From Macrostomum lignano (lineage: Eukaryota), in NCBI GenBank assembly GCA_002269645.1, contig NIVC01001013.1:123142-187141 (forward strand): DNA of 64,000 nucleotides, given 5' to 3'. Positions within the stretch are counted from its first letter, which is position 1; each line of letters starts with the position of its first letter. A model generated the notes under the pieces. The model did no database searches. It saw nothing but the letters and a program-made list of their open reading frames with translations, and had not been told where the DNA came from. This document shows positions 12,054 to 23,657 of the stretch, piece after piece. A program made the position numbers and the translations under genes.

Positions 12054-12463
12054 AATCGTCGAGTAAATTTTAGGAGTCTCTCTGCTAAGGTAGGCAAGAA
12101 GGCAAGGGTAATTTGTGCTTGACTGAAGGCAAGTCAAATGTCGGGCTCCCATTGCAGCAACAGCCGATGGATTTTATGCGACAAAATGCCTCGGTGGTAA
12201 TTTTCCATAGATCAAATTAGGCATATTTCTCGCACATTTTCCTGTTTTTACAATTGCAGTTCTTCCATAACAAACAGGCTTATGAGCGAGGTATGTTTGA
12301 TTTAGGACTGAAGCAGGACTTTTGCTTGAGTTCATAGGAAGCAATGCAAGTAATTTGTTAGCATCGATGGGAGCTGAAGGAACTGTTCGTGCAGGCCTAA
12401 CCTGATGGATGCATAATTATTCTTTAAAAGTGCTCCGAATTCCTCTATCGCTATTCGGGGGGC

Positions 12464-12690
12464 GGGGGCAGAGCAGCTCAACGGTAAACGCGTCTGACTC
12501 TAGCGCCACGACCCCCCTGGTTCGAATCCGTGCGCCACGATTAGAAATTCAGTCAGGGTTGTTGTACACCCTGTGTGAGCGTGTGTGTGAGTGCGTGTCT
12601 GCGTACAGTATTGGCGCGCTTGTGTGCTCAGGAGTCAGCGGAATGGGCAGAATTGCTTCATCAAAGGCGGTACGCCAGAGAACCCACAAT
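12464..12690 (+). mobile_element. tRNA-derived SINE (family A)
   Basis: A-box-like AGCAGCTCAACGGTAAACGCG and B-box GGTTCGAATCC. The body TGTACACCCTGTGTGAG...GCGCTTGTGTGCTCAGGAGTCAGCGGAATGGGCAGAATTGC recurs at ~37905-38030(-), ~45170-45295(+) and ~47640-47885(-). Confidence 0.75.
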
Positions 12691-13730
12691 CCTCTGGCAA
12701 CTATTGTTATTTCTATCGCTTTTCATTTTAATATGCATGTTAATTGCAGTTCTTTTAGGAACAATTTAGCTCTCCAAGTCAGTGCCAATTTAGTACAGCT
12801 TGTAGCATTTATTTCACCAGTCTGCCTGAATGTTTTTCACTACTAAAGCACTATTATCGAGCATTCAGAACTTTGCAAAACAATTTTATTGATGATCTTT
12901 TCCGGTCTGTCTCTATTGGTGTATTGCAGTGTCAGTGGCACAAATATTTTCCTTAAAGGGAAGTCAAAAAAGCTATCTAGCAAAACAAGCCTGATGCCAA
13001 TGCTTGAAGAATAGTTAAATATTTCTTCGGGTTCAGAGCTCGGGGCGGCAAGGAAATGTGGCCAAAGGAGCTGTACGGAGAGGACTGTAGCTTGTCTTCT
13101 GTTTGTAGAGACATCGAAGCCAGCAGAAATCGGAAATTTTCCTGCTCAACGGCTACACTCTCTGCAGCTTCTTTGATTCTGAGATGGAATTTTAGCGCTC
13201 AGGTTAAACCGGATTGACTTTGTAGATTTTCATGCGCGAGTTTATCATTAATTAATGGAGCAGTCAGAGGGAGAAAATTGAGGATTAGGCAACAAACACG
13301 AGCTTCGGCTCAGCCTACAGGTATTAATATCAGTTCACAGGTAACAGAGGCCGCGGCCCCGCAACAGGCTGGCAAAAATGATGGCAGCCTTTCACAGCAG
13401 GTCAGGCGCTATACCGCTGATGGAGCTACTTTCCTTTTGGTGCTTGGTCGCCCCTTGATGCTCCCACGATAGCGTCCTTTCAATGGCACCCCTCTGGTGC
13501 TGGAGCCCACCCCCTCAATCAACTCATGTTGCTCTTTTTAGTTAAATTGGAACGGCTAAAACTCCTTGAACTAAATGAGGCCCATGAATTTGATTTGAAA
13601 AGCCAAAGAAGTCCAATAATAAGCTGTATTGCAACAAAAAATCGAATATGTTGTCTACATATCAGAATTGGAATTGGAATTGGTTAGGTGCTATATGAGG
13701 ATGGCCAGAGGCCTTCAGTTGTATTCAAGT

Positions 13731-14030
13731 CAGGGGCGTCGCCACCGGGGGGGGGGACAGGGGGACATGCCACCCTCCCCCAGTAAAACTATGGGGGGAT
13801 AAGCCAATACTTTGTCCCCCCACCCCACCTTGTTGACCCGTTATGGAAATCAAAAAATTTGCCTCAGGGTGACAAAATATAGCGCCTACAGCTCCAAAAT
13901 GAGTGCCTGCGGCGCTAAAATGGTGCCTGCGGCGCCAAAATGGTCGATGACAAGACCGATTCGTAAATAATGTACATGTACAATTCTCGGCTTTGTCCCG
14001 CCCACCATAAAATCCATGGCGACGCCTCTG
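13731..14030. mobile_element. hAT-type MITE (300 bp)
   Basis: 14-bp TIRs CAGGGGCGTCGCCA / TGGCGACGCCTCTG (1 mismatch). Exact 8-bp TSD ATTCAAGT at 13723-13730 and 14031-14038. Confidence 0.9.
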
Positions 14031-14868
14031 ATTCAAGTTGTATAAAGTATGCATCATACTATTAGTTCGAAGCATTACAGTAAGTGGAGCTTTTCATGAG
14101 TTGTGTCGTCATTGTCAAAATTTGTCTAATTTTGAACAAATTCTTTGAGTGTTTTGCCTCTCTCCCCAAGCAAGTGATTTTTTGTATTCTGCAGCTGATA
14201 CTACGTGAGGCACTCCTTCACCGCGTCGTACTAAAATTATGCTAAAAAAATGAACGGAGCATTTTCATTTTTCTGGGAAGATAGGTTATGCAGTTCACCA
14301 TCCTGCAAAGGCATGAATAGTAAACGATACCTCGTATTTCTGTTCTAGCATAGCTACAGCTCTTGCATTAGAGGTTGGAATCACGTTGGAAAATTCTCTT
14401 TTGTTTAAGAGGGCCATTTATCACCCGCTTATTGTTAGGTGTAAATACAAAAGTGGCTGCGTTTTAGTTCGTAGAGCAGAAAATTTTCATGAAACAGTTG
14501 AATTCAATTCATTTGTACTTAGCTAGGTGCTTGCTTGTACCTAACGCAATTGGGAATAGACTAGCAATCTGTGTTCCCCCGTTTGGGAGGCAGCAAGAGA
14601 AAGAAATAGAAAAAATGACAAAAACTACATGTACAGGTTTTGACCTTGTTCAGTCACTATTATTGATCATTTCAGGAAATTGATATTTAAAGCAATAAAT
14701 TAAGCATCCGTTCTGAAAGCCAGCTATCAGCTATCAGTGATGTTTTAAAATATACCAAAAAGTAAAAGACACTTTATTTACTTTATAGTTGCTTCCGTCA
14801 TGCAGAATTTCGAACACAGTTGAAATATGCGGAACTGTCTATCAACGCGAGGAGCGTGCTCGATGGCT

Positions 14869-15663
14869 TCACATCACAGCTGAAGCTGAGGCTCTGCGGT
14901 GCAGCGTCCTGTGCACCTGCAGAGTCCTGGCCTGGCAGAAGCCCTTGCCGCAGACGTCGCACTTGAACGGCTTGTCCTTGCAGTGAATGTACCGGTGGTC
15001 CCGCAGGTGGTCCTGCCGCCTGAAGGCTTTGCCGCAGATCTCGCAGGGAAACGGCCGCTCATCTGTGTGGGTTCGCTCGTGAATCAGCAGGTTGTAGGAC
15101 TTGGTGAAGTGGCGCCTGCAGTACTTGCACACGTACTCCTTGCGGGCTCTGCAATTTCTAGCATTATAGAATAACAATGATTATTTTACTTCACTGTACA
15201 CTTCTACTGTTTAAGAGTCAATTTATAAAAGCGGCGTCTTTGCAGAAAGCAGTTATTACTACATCGGGAAACAGTGGTAACTCTGCTTCCTCAAGGCGGT
15301 GTAGCATGCATACTTTTAATTAGGGGCTCATATTTTAAAAGCCTGTGAAATGTCCGACTGTTAAGGCCGGTAATTGTGACAAGCCTGCAATTTTCATGAG
15401 TGCAAATGAAAGTGTCTCAGCTATGCTCACCCTTTGCTATTCTGCTGCACTTTCTGCTGCATCTGCGGCTTTTCATCGGCACACAAGCAAGACTCGGCCA
15501 GGCGACTGTAATCAAATTTCTGCTGCCGTGGCCGCTGCTGAGCCTGCTGCCAGCAGGTCTGTTGCTGCACTAGCTGCCGCTGGTGCTGATAACTTCGCAG
15601 CAGATTTTGACATTCGGCGCTGGCTGATGCAAAAGCAAGCAGGATATGCGGCGGCAGCTGCAT
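14869..15663 (-). CDS. osr: Odd-skipped-related C2H2 zinc-finger transcription factor (3 fingers, ~170 aa from first in-frame ATG)
   Basis: Exon 15148-14869: [53 protein letters not shown]...[18 protein letters not shown], nearly identical to OSR/odd fingers. The upstream exon ending at 15431 (gg|gtgagc, phase 2) carries [10 protein letters not shown], matching the Osr FDFANLA motif. Confidence 0.93.
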
Positions 15664-17523
15664 TAGCCAGGGTGCCAACAGCAGCTGTGCCGGATGTACC
15701 GAAGGTCCTCGAGGGGAGTCGCTGGCTGCATGGCCTGAGCCGATGTGCTGCTGCTGCTGAACCTCGTGCTTTGCACTGTCGATGATTGTACAGGTGATGA
15801 GGTTGCATCGTGAATTTAGATGGAACTAAGAGCGAAACAAGAAGTCTAGTTCTAAATCAGTTTCAATAAATAAATTTTAAATTTTTGACTCACCTGTGCA
15901 TGCTGCGGAAGTATTCAGGAGCGCATGACAAGGACAAAGAAACGGAAGCGAAGCGATTCTTTCGAATTCTCCCACCTGTGACTTTTCTCGGCTGGAGAGG
16001 CTTTATTAAAGCCCGGCCACCCACCGCAAGCTTTTATTATCTTTACAGCCCCTCCCAGCGGCCACTAGTTGTGCTGCCACAGCGCAGACACCGGGACTCT
16101 CAAAGCTTGCGGGCGCGCACACAAACACACGGGAGCTGTAAAAAGCAATCGCTTTTACGACTGCCGATCTGACCGCACAAGGGGGCGCCGCCCACAGAAT
16201 GGGGGGGGGGGCACCGAGCCAGGCCCTTCTTCGCGCTTTTGCTTTCTAGGGCTGCATATAGAAAGGGACCAATGCTAATTCCAAGGTAGAGATAGAGGGG
16301 CAGGTCTGCTTTTATGGAATTTAGCATAATCTGTTCGGCCGGTGCTGCCGTCCACTTTGAAAAATGAAATAAAACACTTTGCAAAGCAAAAATAATTCTA
16401 TTATGATGCCCTCGAGGCGGCTGATAACTCAGGGCTAATCTGGTTCTCCCCAGAAGCATATAAATGGCGGAATGACTTGGGGCTTGGGGAGACAGTGCTA
16501 CCTTCCAACGATCTGAAGCGTTCTGTCAAGAATAGCGCAGAAAACGGTTATTTTCCAACGCTCGGCTGCTTAATTAGTCATTTACTTACGGATTACCTTT
16601 TTAACAGTGTTTTTGGACAGAATCGCAATATATTTTAATCTAAAGTTCGCAAACGCGAAGTGAGTCTGATTTAGTCTCGTCTTTGGCCTCTACCATAGAC
16701 GACTGTGAGTAAGTGGGAATCGATTTGGTCGTCTTCACTTAGAGCTAAGCGCAAAGTGATTTGTATGTATACCCCTTTTGGCCGCGCCGAATAAGTCTAT
16801 GGTCCTATGTAAAAGACGTTTATTTATCCCGGCCAAATAAACGATCCAAATAAACAAGACAAACGAATGAGCCGCAAGAAAGTACTCAAAAAAATACATG
16901 TACAAGCAACAGACTATAATGTTTTAGAAAAACGAGCAATTGTTAACCATATTTTTTGCTTGACAGTTACGTAACAGATCAACTCAATCAAAGTAGACAA
17001 TCACTCCAAATTGACCCCCCCCCCCAAATCACAGAACTCACCATTTGTCGTGGACATCACTACCAATCACGCCTTCAGATCAGAGTTTCTCTTCGGAAGT
17101 CGGCTCTCATTGAATTCCCTGTCCTTCCAAAGGCTCCATGGCTTTCCGCATTGGTCGAACAAGTAGTATCCGAGCTGAAAATAATCATTCAACGCAGAAG
17201 CGCCATAGCGATCACCACGTGAATTTCGGATCTCTAAGATAAAACACATAAGAACGCATAAGTTGCGATCGCGCTTGCTCAAACTCGGATAGTCGGTTGC
17301 TGGAGCCAATGGCAAGTCACTCAGGACAGCTTCGACTTCAGCAAGACTATGTGATTCAAAGCAACTAACTCCAAAGTTTCACAGGAAAGGTTTAGTAGAG
17401 ATAGAGACAACTACTCACTCTTAAATACCCAAAACAGTCGTTTTTGTGAACGGTATCAAATCAACATTTCTCTATGGTTAAAATGTACAAAGTTAATATG
17501 GCCAAACGGGGTATAAATGGTAT

Positions 17524-17886
17524 ATATTCCCCATTTATACCAGTGCTAGGGCAATAAATTGTTGCCCTAGACACTTGGTATTATTGGGGAATATGTGATG
17601 TATCCCCCACTTGACCGGGGCGAACGTCTATGGTCTCTGCATCGAAAGAGCAGTTGCACAGTGAAATAAACCGTTTATTTGCACCGATGCAAATAAATGA
17701 AATTTACACTGAGACCATAGACGTTCGACCGGGGCAAGTGGGGGATACATATCTTATTTCCGTTTATTTTAGTCTATGATCTGAAGCATAAGCTTTGGAC
17801 TCGGATCCAGGCCTCGGCTTCGCCTCGGCCAAGAAACGAGTCTTCTGCTTTTGCTTCAGACCAAAGAAATAAATAAACGGAAATAA
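17524..17886. repeat. Three abutting palindromic MITE-like modules
   Basis: Hairpin 17524-17594 (ATATTCCCC...CTAGGGCAA / TTGCCCTAG...GGGGAATAT). ~40-bp IRs at 17598-17637 / 17711-17750. IRs at 17754-~17793 / ~17847-17886 around a central CCTCGGCTTCGCCTCGG motif. Confidence 0.75.
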
Positions 17887-18806
17887 CTTTCATTTAGTCA
17901 AAGTGGATTCATTTTGGTCACGCAAATGACAAGACAAATGCAACTGACAAGAAACTGCCGCCTGTCGTGGATTTTCGCGGCTGGAGTGTCCAGTTGCACA
18001 GTAGTTAGCGACTTAAAACAAAATAAATTCCATTTCTGCCCAAAAATACAATTAAAAGATAATATTTGAGCTTAGTAAATTCTCCGATCTAAGACCTAGG
18101 AACTAAGAGGCTCCCCATGGATAATCAGTCTGTTTCACAAGCCCTTTCCTGTCAATTTCAAAATGTTGCGTTAATAGAGACCAGTGTAAGTCTTTAGGAT
18201 AAATCCCACTAATTTCCAACCCTCTATACTTATTAGCGGTTAGGCAAGAAGCTTTGAAATGACAGATGTTGCACTTTACTTTTTCTTCGCTGTAACTAAA
18301 CAGGATTTTTTGTTTATTTGTTTCTCGACAAGCCAAATCCGTGAGTAAAATCTACCAGGCAATGAGAACAGGTGAAGCGAAAAGAAATCGTGCTTCGAAC
18401 TAATTATCCCGAACCGTGCAAGGCAGGGGGATCATGCAGCTAATTCCACTCGGAAAGAGACAGTAGCAGTCCTAGTTTATGTTCTGTCGAGTGAGAAACC
18501 TGCGGAGATTGACGGAAAAATGGCTGCTCTAATGGCTTCTCATGAAAAGTTTCGGATTTTATTGCTAATTTAAAAACGTGCCAATTTAACAAAATCTGGG
18601 ACTCGATAACGAAGCAAAATAATAAAAGATTGCAAATGACGGATTAAGAAAGTTCAACATTGATTAACGAGGCTTGCACATGCTTTATCCTTTATCCAGG
18701 TTAAGGGTTTCTCATGGGAACTTTACTTTACTGTAAGCATATGTATATGCAAACAAAACCAACTGTTTGTACGTACAAAACAGTATTTCATGTCAAACAA
18801 GCGAGT

Positions 18807-19868
18807 TTAACTTGTTGCACCGCGTCGGCCCCCACTGCCGCCTGTCTTTGTTGCATCGCCAACTCGCAAGGAGCCCCGCCCGTGACAGCAGCAACACGTT
18901 TGGCATTGTTTCGGCAGAGCAGCCATCAGCTGATCGCGAACAAAGCTGACACTGAGCGCGTAGACAGGAACGCAGGCGCAGGTGTCAAGCACCATGAGCA
19001 TTCGCATGGCCTCCAGAAGCAGCGGATCGCCAACGCCGGCAATAGCTTGGCCCAGAAGTTTCAAAGTCTGATACGGCAGAGCAGCAGCCGCAAACTGCAG
19101 CAGAAGCAGAGCCGCTGTTCGCGCCACTTTGCTGGTTGCCGAGTCCCCCGAATCGGCGCCGGCCTGATCGCCCGCGGCCGCCCCACTCGACACTCCTGAC
19201 TGCCGCAGACGTCGAGCTGACTGTCTTAGCCGCCAAACAATCGATGCGTAGGCAGCACCAGCCACTGCCAGCGGGCCGCCAAACTCCACAAGAACGTCGG
19301 ATATGGCTGAAGCGACTCGGCCGACTGGAGTAGTGATGATATCGCACATAATTATGCTCTCAGTAGTGTTCCGAGCATCATTGAATTCTAGGGATGCGAC
19401 GGGGCCACCCAGAACCAACCAGCGGCTTGAATAGGCAGCAGCCGCCAGCCACAACAAAACCGTTTCAAGTGCGGCCGCTCGCGAGATGCGGAAACCACCA
19501 CCTCCGGGAGCGGCCGCTCCAGCAGCTCTGGATAGTCCGATGGCCGCCAAAGTCCAGGCCTTTGCTACAAGCGCCAGCGACTCCAGAAACTGGGAAGTTT
19601 CACAGAAGCCGTTGAATTGCGTAAAATCTGGGTTGGCCAGCACCAGAGCGTCTGTGCTCATGGCTGCGCCCCCTAATAGAAGGTTCGCCGTGGCTAAACT
19701 CTGCAATCGGAGGCTGTTGGAACCGCGGAAGTGCCTTCTACGCTTGTGCAACAGCAGCGCAATGCTACCATTGATGGTCAGTGAAGCCGTGAAGACGAGC
19801 CATAATAGGGCTTGGAGTATCGTCAGAGACGCTGGGCCCATCAAAGTCGCCATGTTGCTGGCACACAT
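18807..19868 (-). CDS. Single-exon orphan rhodopsin-class (class A) GPCR, divergent, 353 aa
   Basis: Seven hydrophobic segments, TM1 Asn, TM3 Cys (GFCET) with ECL2 Cys (IMCD), Arg at TM3 end, TM5 Pro/Tyr (GGPL...AY), TM6 LPY, TM7 PVY. Confidence 0.85.
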   Translation of the reverse strand: MCASNMATLMGPASLTILQALLWLVFTASLTINGSIALLLHKRRRHFRGSNSLRLQSLATANLLLGGAAMSTDALVLANPDFTQFNGFCETSQFLESLALVAKAWTLAAIGLSRAAGAAAPGGGGFRISRAAALETVLLWLAAAAYSSRWLVLGGPVASLEFNDARNTTESIIMCDIITTPVGRVASAISDVLVEFGGPLAVAGAAYASIVWRLRQSARRLRQSGVSSGAAAGDQAGADSGDSATSKVARTAALLLLQFAAAALPYQTLKLLGQAIAGVGDPLLLEAMRMLMVLDTCACVPVYALSVSFVRDQLMAALPKQCQTCCCCHGRGSLRVGDATKTGGSGGRRGATS

Positions 19869-21290
19869 TTCTTAGCACCAGTCGCACCGATGATTAGGAT
19901 GATAAACAACTGATGCTGTCAATCACATACGCTCGTAGATCTCCGAGCACAGATTTTGAGCAATGAGCCAGGGAGCAGCTCTATATACGGATTTTCTCCA
20001 GTAAAATCTGTGGGCCAATCAGGCCACGATTTGCGATAGAAAATCTTTACCAATTAGACAGGCGAAAGTCTGTTAGTCACTGTTAGTCATGACAAAAACA
20101 ACAACAAGAAAGTAGACCTTTCTTGGTAGAAGAAGTACATATTTCACTAGTCCGAAAGTCTCTGTCAGGCTCCTTACTCATCAGCGTGTTTTTTACGATT
20201 GTGGTTTTTCATGGTTGAAAAGTATTGCCATAAGCTTGAAATCCGTGTCTAAGTGCATCTATACTCGCTACAGAACTCTGCGCTCTGCGCTCGCTCAGTG
20301 GACCGAAATGAAAACGAGCTTTTCCTGTAGGCTAAAGAGCCTGAGTGCGAGGATAGGAAATGAAAAACGATGGATAAGTGACACTTCCCTTTTTTAATAT
20401 AGCTAGCTCCTACGACGCAAGATCACGCTTAGCCATTAGCCATTCTGCACCTACAAGGTTTACTTGATAATTGATATAGTGAATAAGTATCAGTAAAACT
20501 TCAATTTCATAGAGCGGAACTTTTTAAAGTTCTCGAGACATTTTGTGCATGGGTGTCTCCTTGTCCGGTAGCTATCAGATAGTTTATTTCGGCAGCCTCT
20601 ACGTGTACCTAGTGTTACACTCCTTCCCGAGTTCTTGAAGATGTTCCTAGGAATAGAACTCGCTGCTCCGGAAGTAGCTAGATAGTACCGTTGTACTACC
20701 TATCGATTTGCCTAAAAAGGAACCTAAAACGTTAGCCTTAGACTTGGTAGGGTTGCTGCCACCTTGGTGTGCGGACTCGACGCGTCGGCAGAGTTGTCTA
20801 TCCGTCACCTGAAATAAAATAACGAAGTCGCTCGGAGCAAAGGCAAATCTGAAAATGTCTCGACAGTTGATCGTTCTAGTAGAATGCTGCTCGAACCTGA
20901 AAACCTGAAAAACCTGAAATGAGAGAGGAGAGCTCGGAGGAGGCTAGCCACGATGCTCCGCGAGACGACGCAGTTGAACGCGATCTGGAGAAAAGTGGCT
21001 TTTTCACTTTTTTTTCACTTGATAAGTTCGAGCGCGTCAGCCCCTATCCGGGGCTCTTACGCTACTAGTATATATTTGGTATTCCGAATTATTGGTGTAA
21101 AATTAGTTCGAGGTTTGAGAAAAGTGGCTCCCAGATGCTCCATATTTATAGCCGAGCAGACCCCCAAAAGTCACGTGAGTTTCATGCGGTGAGCGCGTGA
21201 AACTTCCTTTTTGGTCATCAGGATCATGCGAGCGACGCGTGATCCAAGGCCGACTTCCAAATAAGGCAACCCTGTCACGCAGCAGTGGCG

Positions 21291-21504
21291 TGACTCAAGG
21301 TCAGTGGCCACGCACACTGTGCGTGTACAGTCACGTGCTTTTCTGTGCTAAAAATATAGAACTTGGGCGGTTGAGTCATCCTGTTTACTCCCTCTAGGCA
21401 GCCATTACACTCCGCACAGGTGATGAGTCATCCTGCTATGCCTCCTCAGCGCGAGTGGGAAGACATTGAGTGTGGCTGCCCGCGCCTGCTCAGGCGATGA
21501 GTCA
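21291..21504. promoter_or_regulatory. Cluster of four AP-1/TRE sites (candidate enhancer)
   Basis: TGACTCA at 21291; TGAGTCA at 21372, 21424 and 21498. CACGTG E-boxes nearby at ~21173 and ~21332. Confidence 0.45.
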
Positions 21505-21650
21505 TCGGGCAGCAAACACTTAGGCCCAGCACAGGGTAACTCTCTCTCTAGATCAGGTGGACTGAGCCACTGTGCAGCGGATCACAGCGCTCTTAGGAAC
21601 AGCTAGTGAATGTTGCTGAATAGCCAGTTAGCAGCCAGTCACTACACTAG

Positions 21651-21830
21651 CATCGTTATAGCCTAGTGGTCAGACTCATGTCGGACTCACGGAACAATTT
21701 GTGTCCTTGAGCAAGACACTTAACTCTGCATTGCTTCAGTTCACCCAACTGTAAAATGGGTGCCAGCATTAGCTGGGGTAATTGGGGTGTGTGTGGCGAC
21801 CCCCCAGTTCTTGGAATGGACAGCCTTCAG
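21651..21830 (+). mobile_element. CORE-type tRNA-derived SINE (family B), partly deleted head
   Basis: TTGTGTCCTTGAGCAAGACACTTAACTCTGCATTGCTTCAGTTCACCCAACTGTAAAATGGG resembles the MIR/CORE domain. Other copies at 23380-23657(-) and 41010-41178(-). Confidence 0.8.
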
Positions 21831-23379
21831 ATGCGCAACGAAATATACTTGTGGCTGAGCTGTCGGTTGCACATCTGACCAATAGGGTAGGTGCAATCAG
21901 TTATTTTTATTATCTACATGTACCGCCCACGTTGACAGGTGTTGAAGAGCAGGCCTACTGGTAATTCGATCGTGCTTAAGTGGCCAAAGTCAGAAACAGT
22001 ACAGTAAACGTTTCAAATTGTCGCCGCCGTCTGAGTGGGGATCGTGACCTTCCAGTGCTCCCGTTGCCTAATAACCCTTATCAATTGCCGCGTTTTGCAC
22101 TTTTGAGCATTATTAGCGAGTATTGAGCAGCGAATATCGGGCAGAATCGACATTTCAAATCTGTCGATTTAGCTCGAGAGTAAATTTCATGCAAGGTGGC
22201 TGGTGAAACGAACCGACTCGAAAAAAATTAACTGTAAGATGTGAGAGCCAGGTGCGGATTAGTTGCTTCGCTCGGAGACTAATTTGGCATCAATGTTTCA
22301 TCAGAACAGGCGGGACTTCAACAGGGTTAGAATGTTTGAGTGGCTGGTGCATTGGCAGCCCGGTAATATTAGAATTCCATTGTCGCAGAAAAAAATGGAT
22401 GCTCAAAACGCTTAAATATTTCAAGCGATACTAGAAAGTGCCAAGCGCAACATTGAATTATCAGAAAGAGGCAGAAAATTAATTATTAAATTGCCATCGA
22501 CCTTGGACAGATGAACAAGAACGTTTTTCGCATGCACTGACGAGCCTCTGAGTTTGCTTGAGTTTCCGGTTAGCAAAATGCGAGAGTGAATTTGAATTTG
22601 AGTACGGCAATATTGACAGACAGGGTGAGTCAGCATTGACGATTTGTTAATTACATAGAGCTGTATAAAACTATAATGCTCCCAAACGACCAACTGCTAG
22701 CACGCTGTGGAATATAATTTCCTCTATTTCGATGTGCAAATTTGTTATTTTTTATATTTCTCTACTGTGTTGAGTAACTTGAGTTGTAGTATTTTATAAT
22801 AATTTAATAATAAATTTTCAATAATTTACCAATTTTAATACTCCAATATTCAGCAAAGAAGATTAAAAAAGCGACAGATTATTACGCTTCTACGCTACTA
22901 TAAGTAGCGTTGCTTCACCCGCAAATTTCAATAGATTGAATTTTTAATTGCAGAAATATAGGGGAATTGTGGCCAACTAGCAAAATTTTTGACAATATGA
23001 AATCCTCCCATGGTTCTGGGAAAATCTTTACTTAAGACGCCTTTGAACCGATGGATGAAATAATGTCACATGCTCTGGGTCAATACTCGTATGAGCTTGC
23101 TCATATCGCCTGACATTTCGCAAGCACAGATCCTCGGTAGATGATATTAAATTTTTCAAAAACACAAAATTAACCATTCCGAATCCTAAAAATTTTCCCT
23201 TCTGCAAAAGGAGCAAAATGAACAAAACCTTGGTTGCTTCTTTTAGTCCATATTATTGAAGTTTCCCTACAGCCTAATTGATTTTCTTATTCTGACTTAA
23301 ATTAGTGAAATGTTTTATTAGGCTGTTATCTTAAGAATAGTAAATAATATAAAAACAATAATTTATTACACATGCCCTA

Positions 23380-23657
23380 ATGGCAGATGTGCCACCGTCA
23401 GCTCAGCCGCAGCTATTGCGCGGCGCGGCGCATCTGAAGGCTGCGTACGGCTGCTGCCAAGGACTGGAAGGGAGGGGGGTCACCACACACCCTCAACTAC
23501 CCCAGCTAATGCTGTCACCCATTTTACAGCTGGGTGAACTGAAGCAATGCAGAGTTAAATGTCTTGCTTAAGGACGCGAATTTTTCTTCTTAGTGGGTCT
23601 AGAATCGAACCCCCGACCTTCCAACTATGAGTCCGACGCTCTAATCACGAAGCTACA
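23380..23657 (-). mobile_element. CORE-type SINE (family B), near full length
   Basis: Reverse strand has a tRNA-like head (TGTAGCTTCGTGATTAGAGCG...GGTTCGATTC) followed by the CORE segment and a 3' body. Confidence 0.8.

Noticed and set aside
11244-12152. Several overlapping minus-strand ORFs (GGSQMLGGQ.../VKWWQSN...)
   Set aside because: These are translations of the 29-bp minisatellite.
12464-12540. tRNA genes at the A/B-box segments (also ~23590-23657, ~41467-41535, ~44984-45050, ~45495-45550)
   Set aside because: Acceptor and anticodon stems do not pair, and each head is attached to a dispersed repeat body, so these are SINE heads.
18985-19875. Alternative-frame and antisense ORFs over the GPCR, PDZ and osr exons (e.g. 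19486-19875, 34800-35627, 35005-35478, 49432-50130)
   Set aside because: They are expected shadows of GC-rich coding sequence and carry no recognisable motifs.
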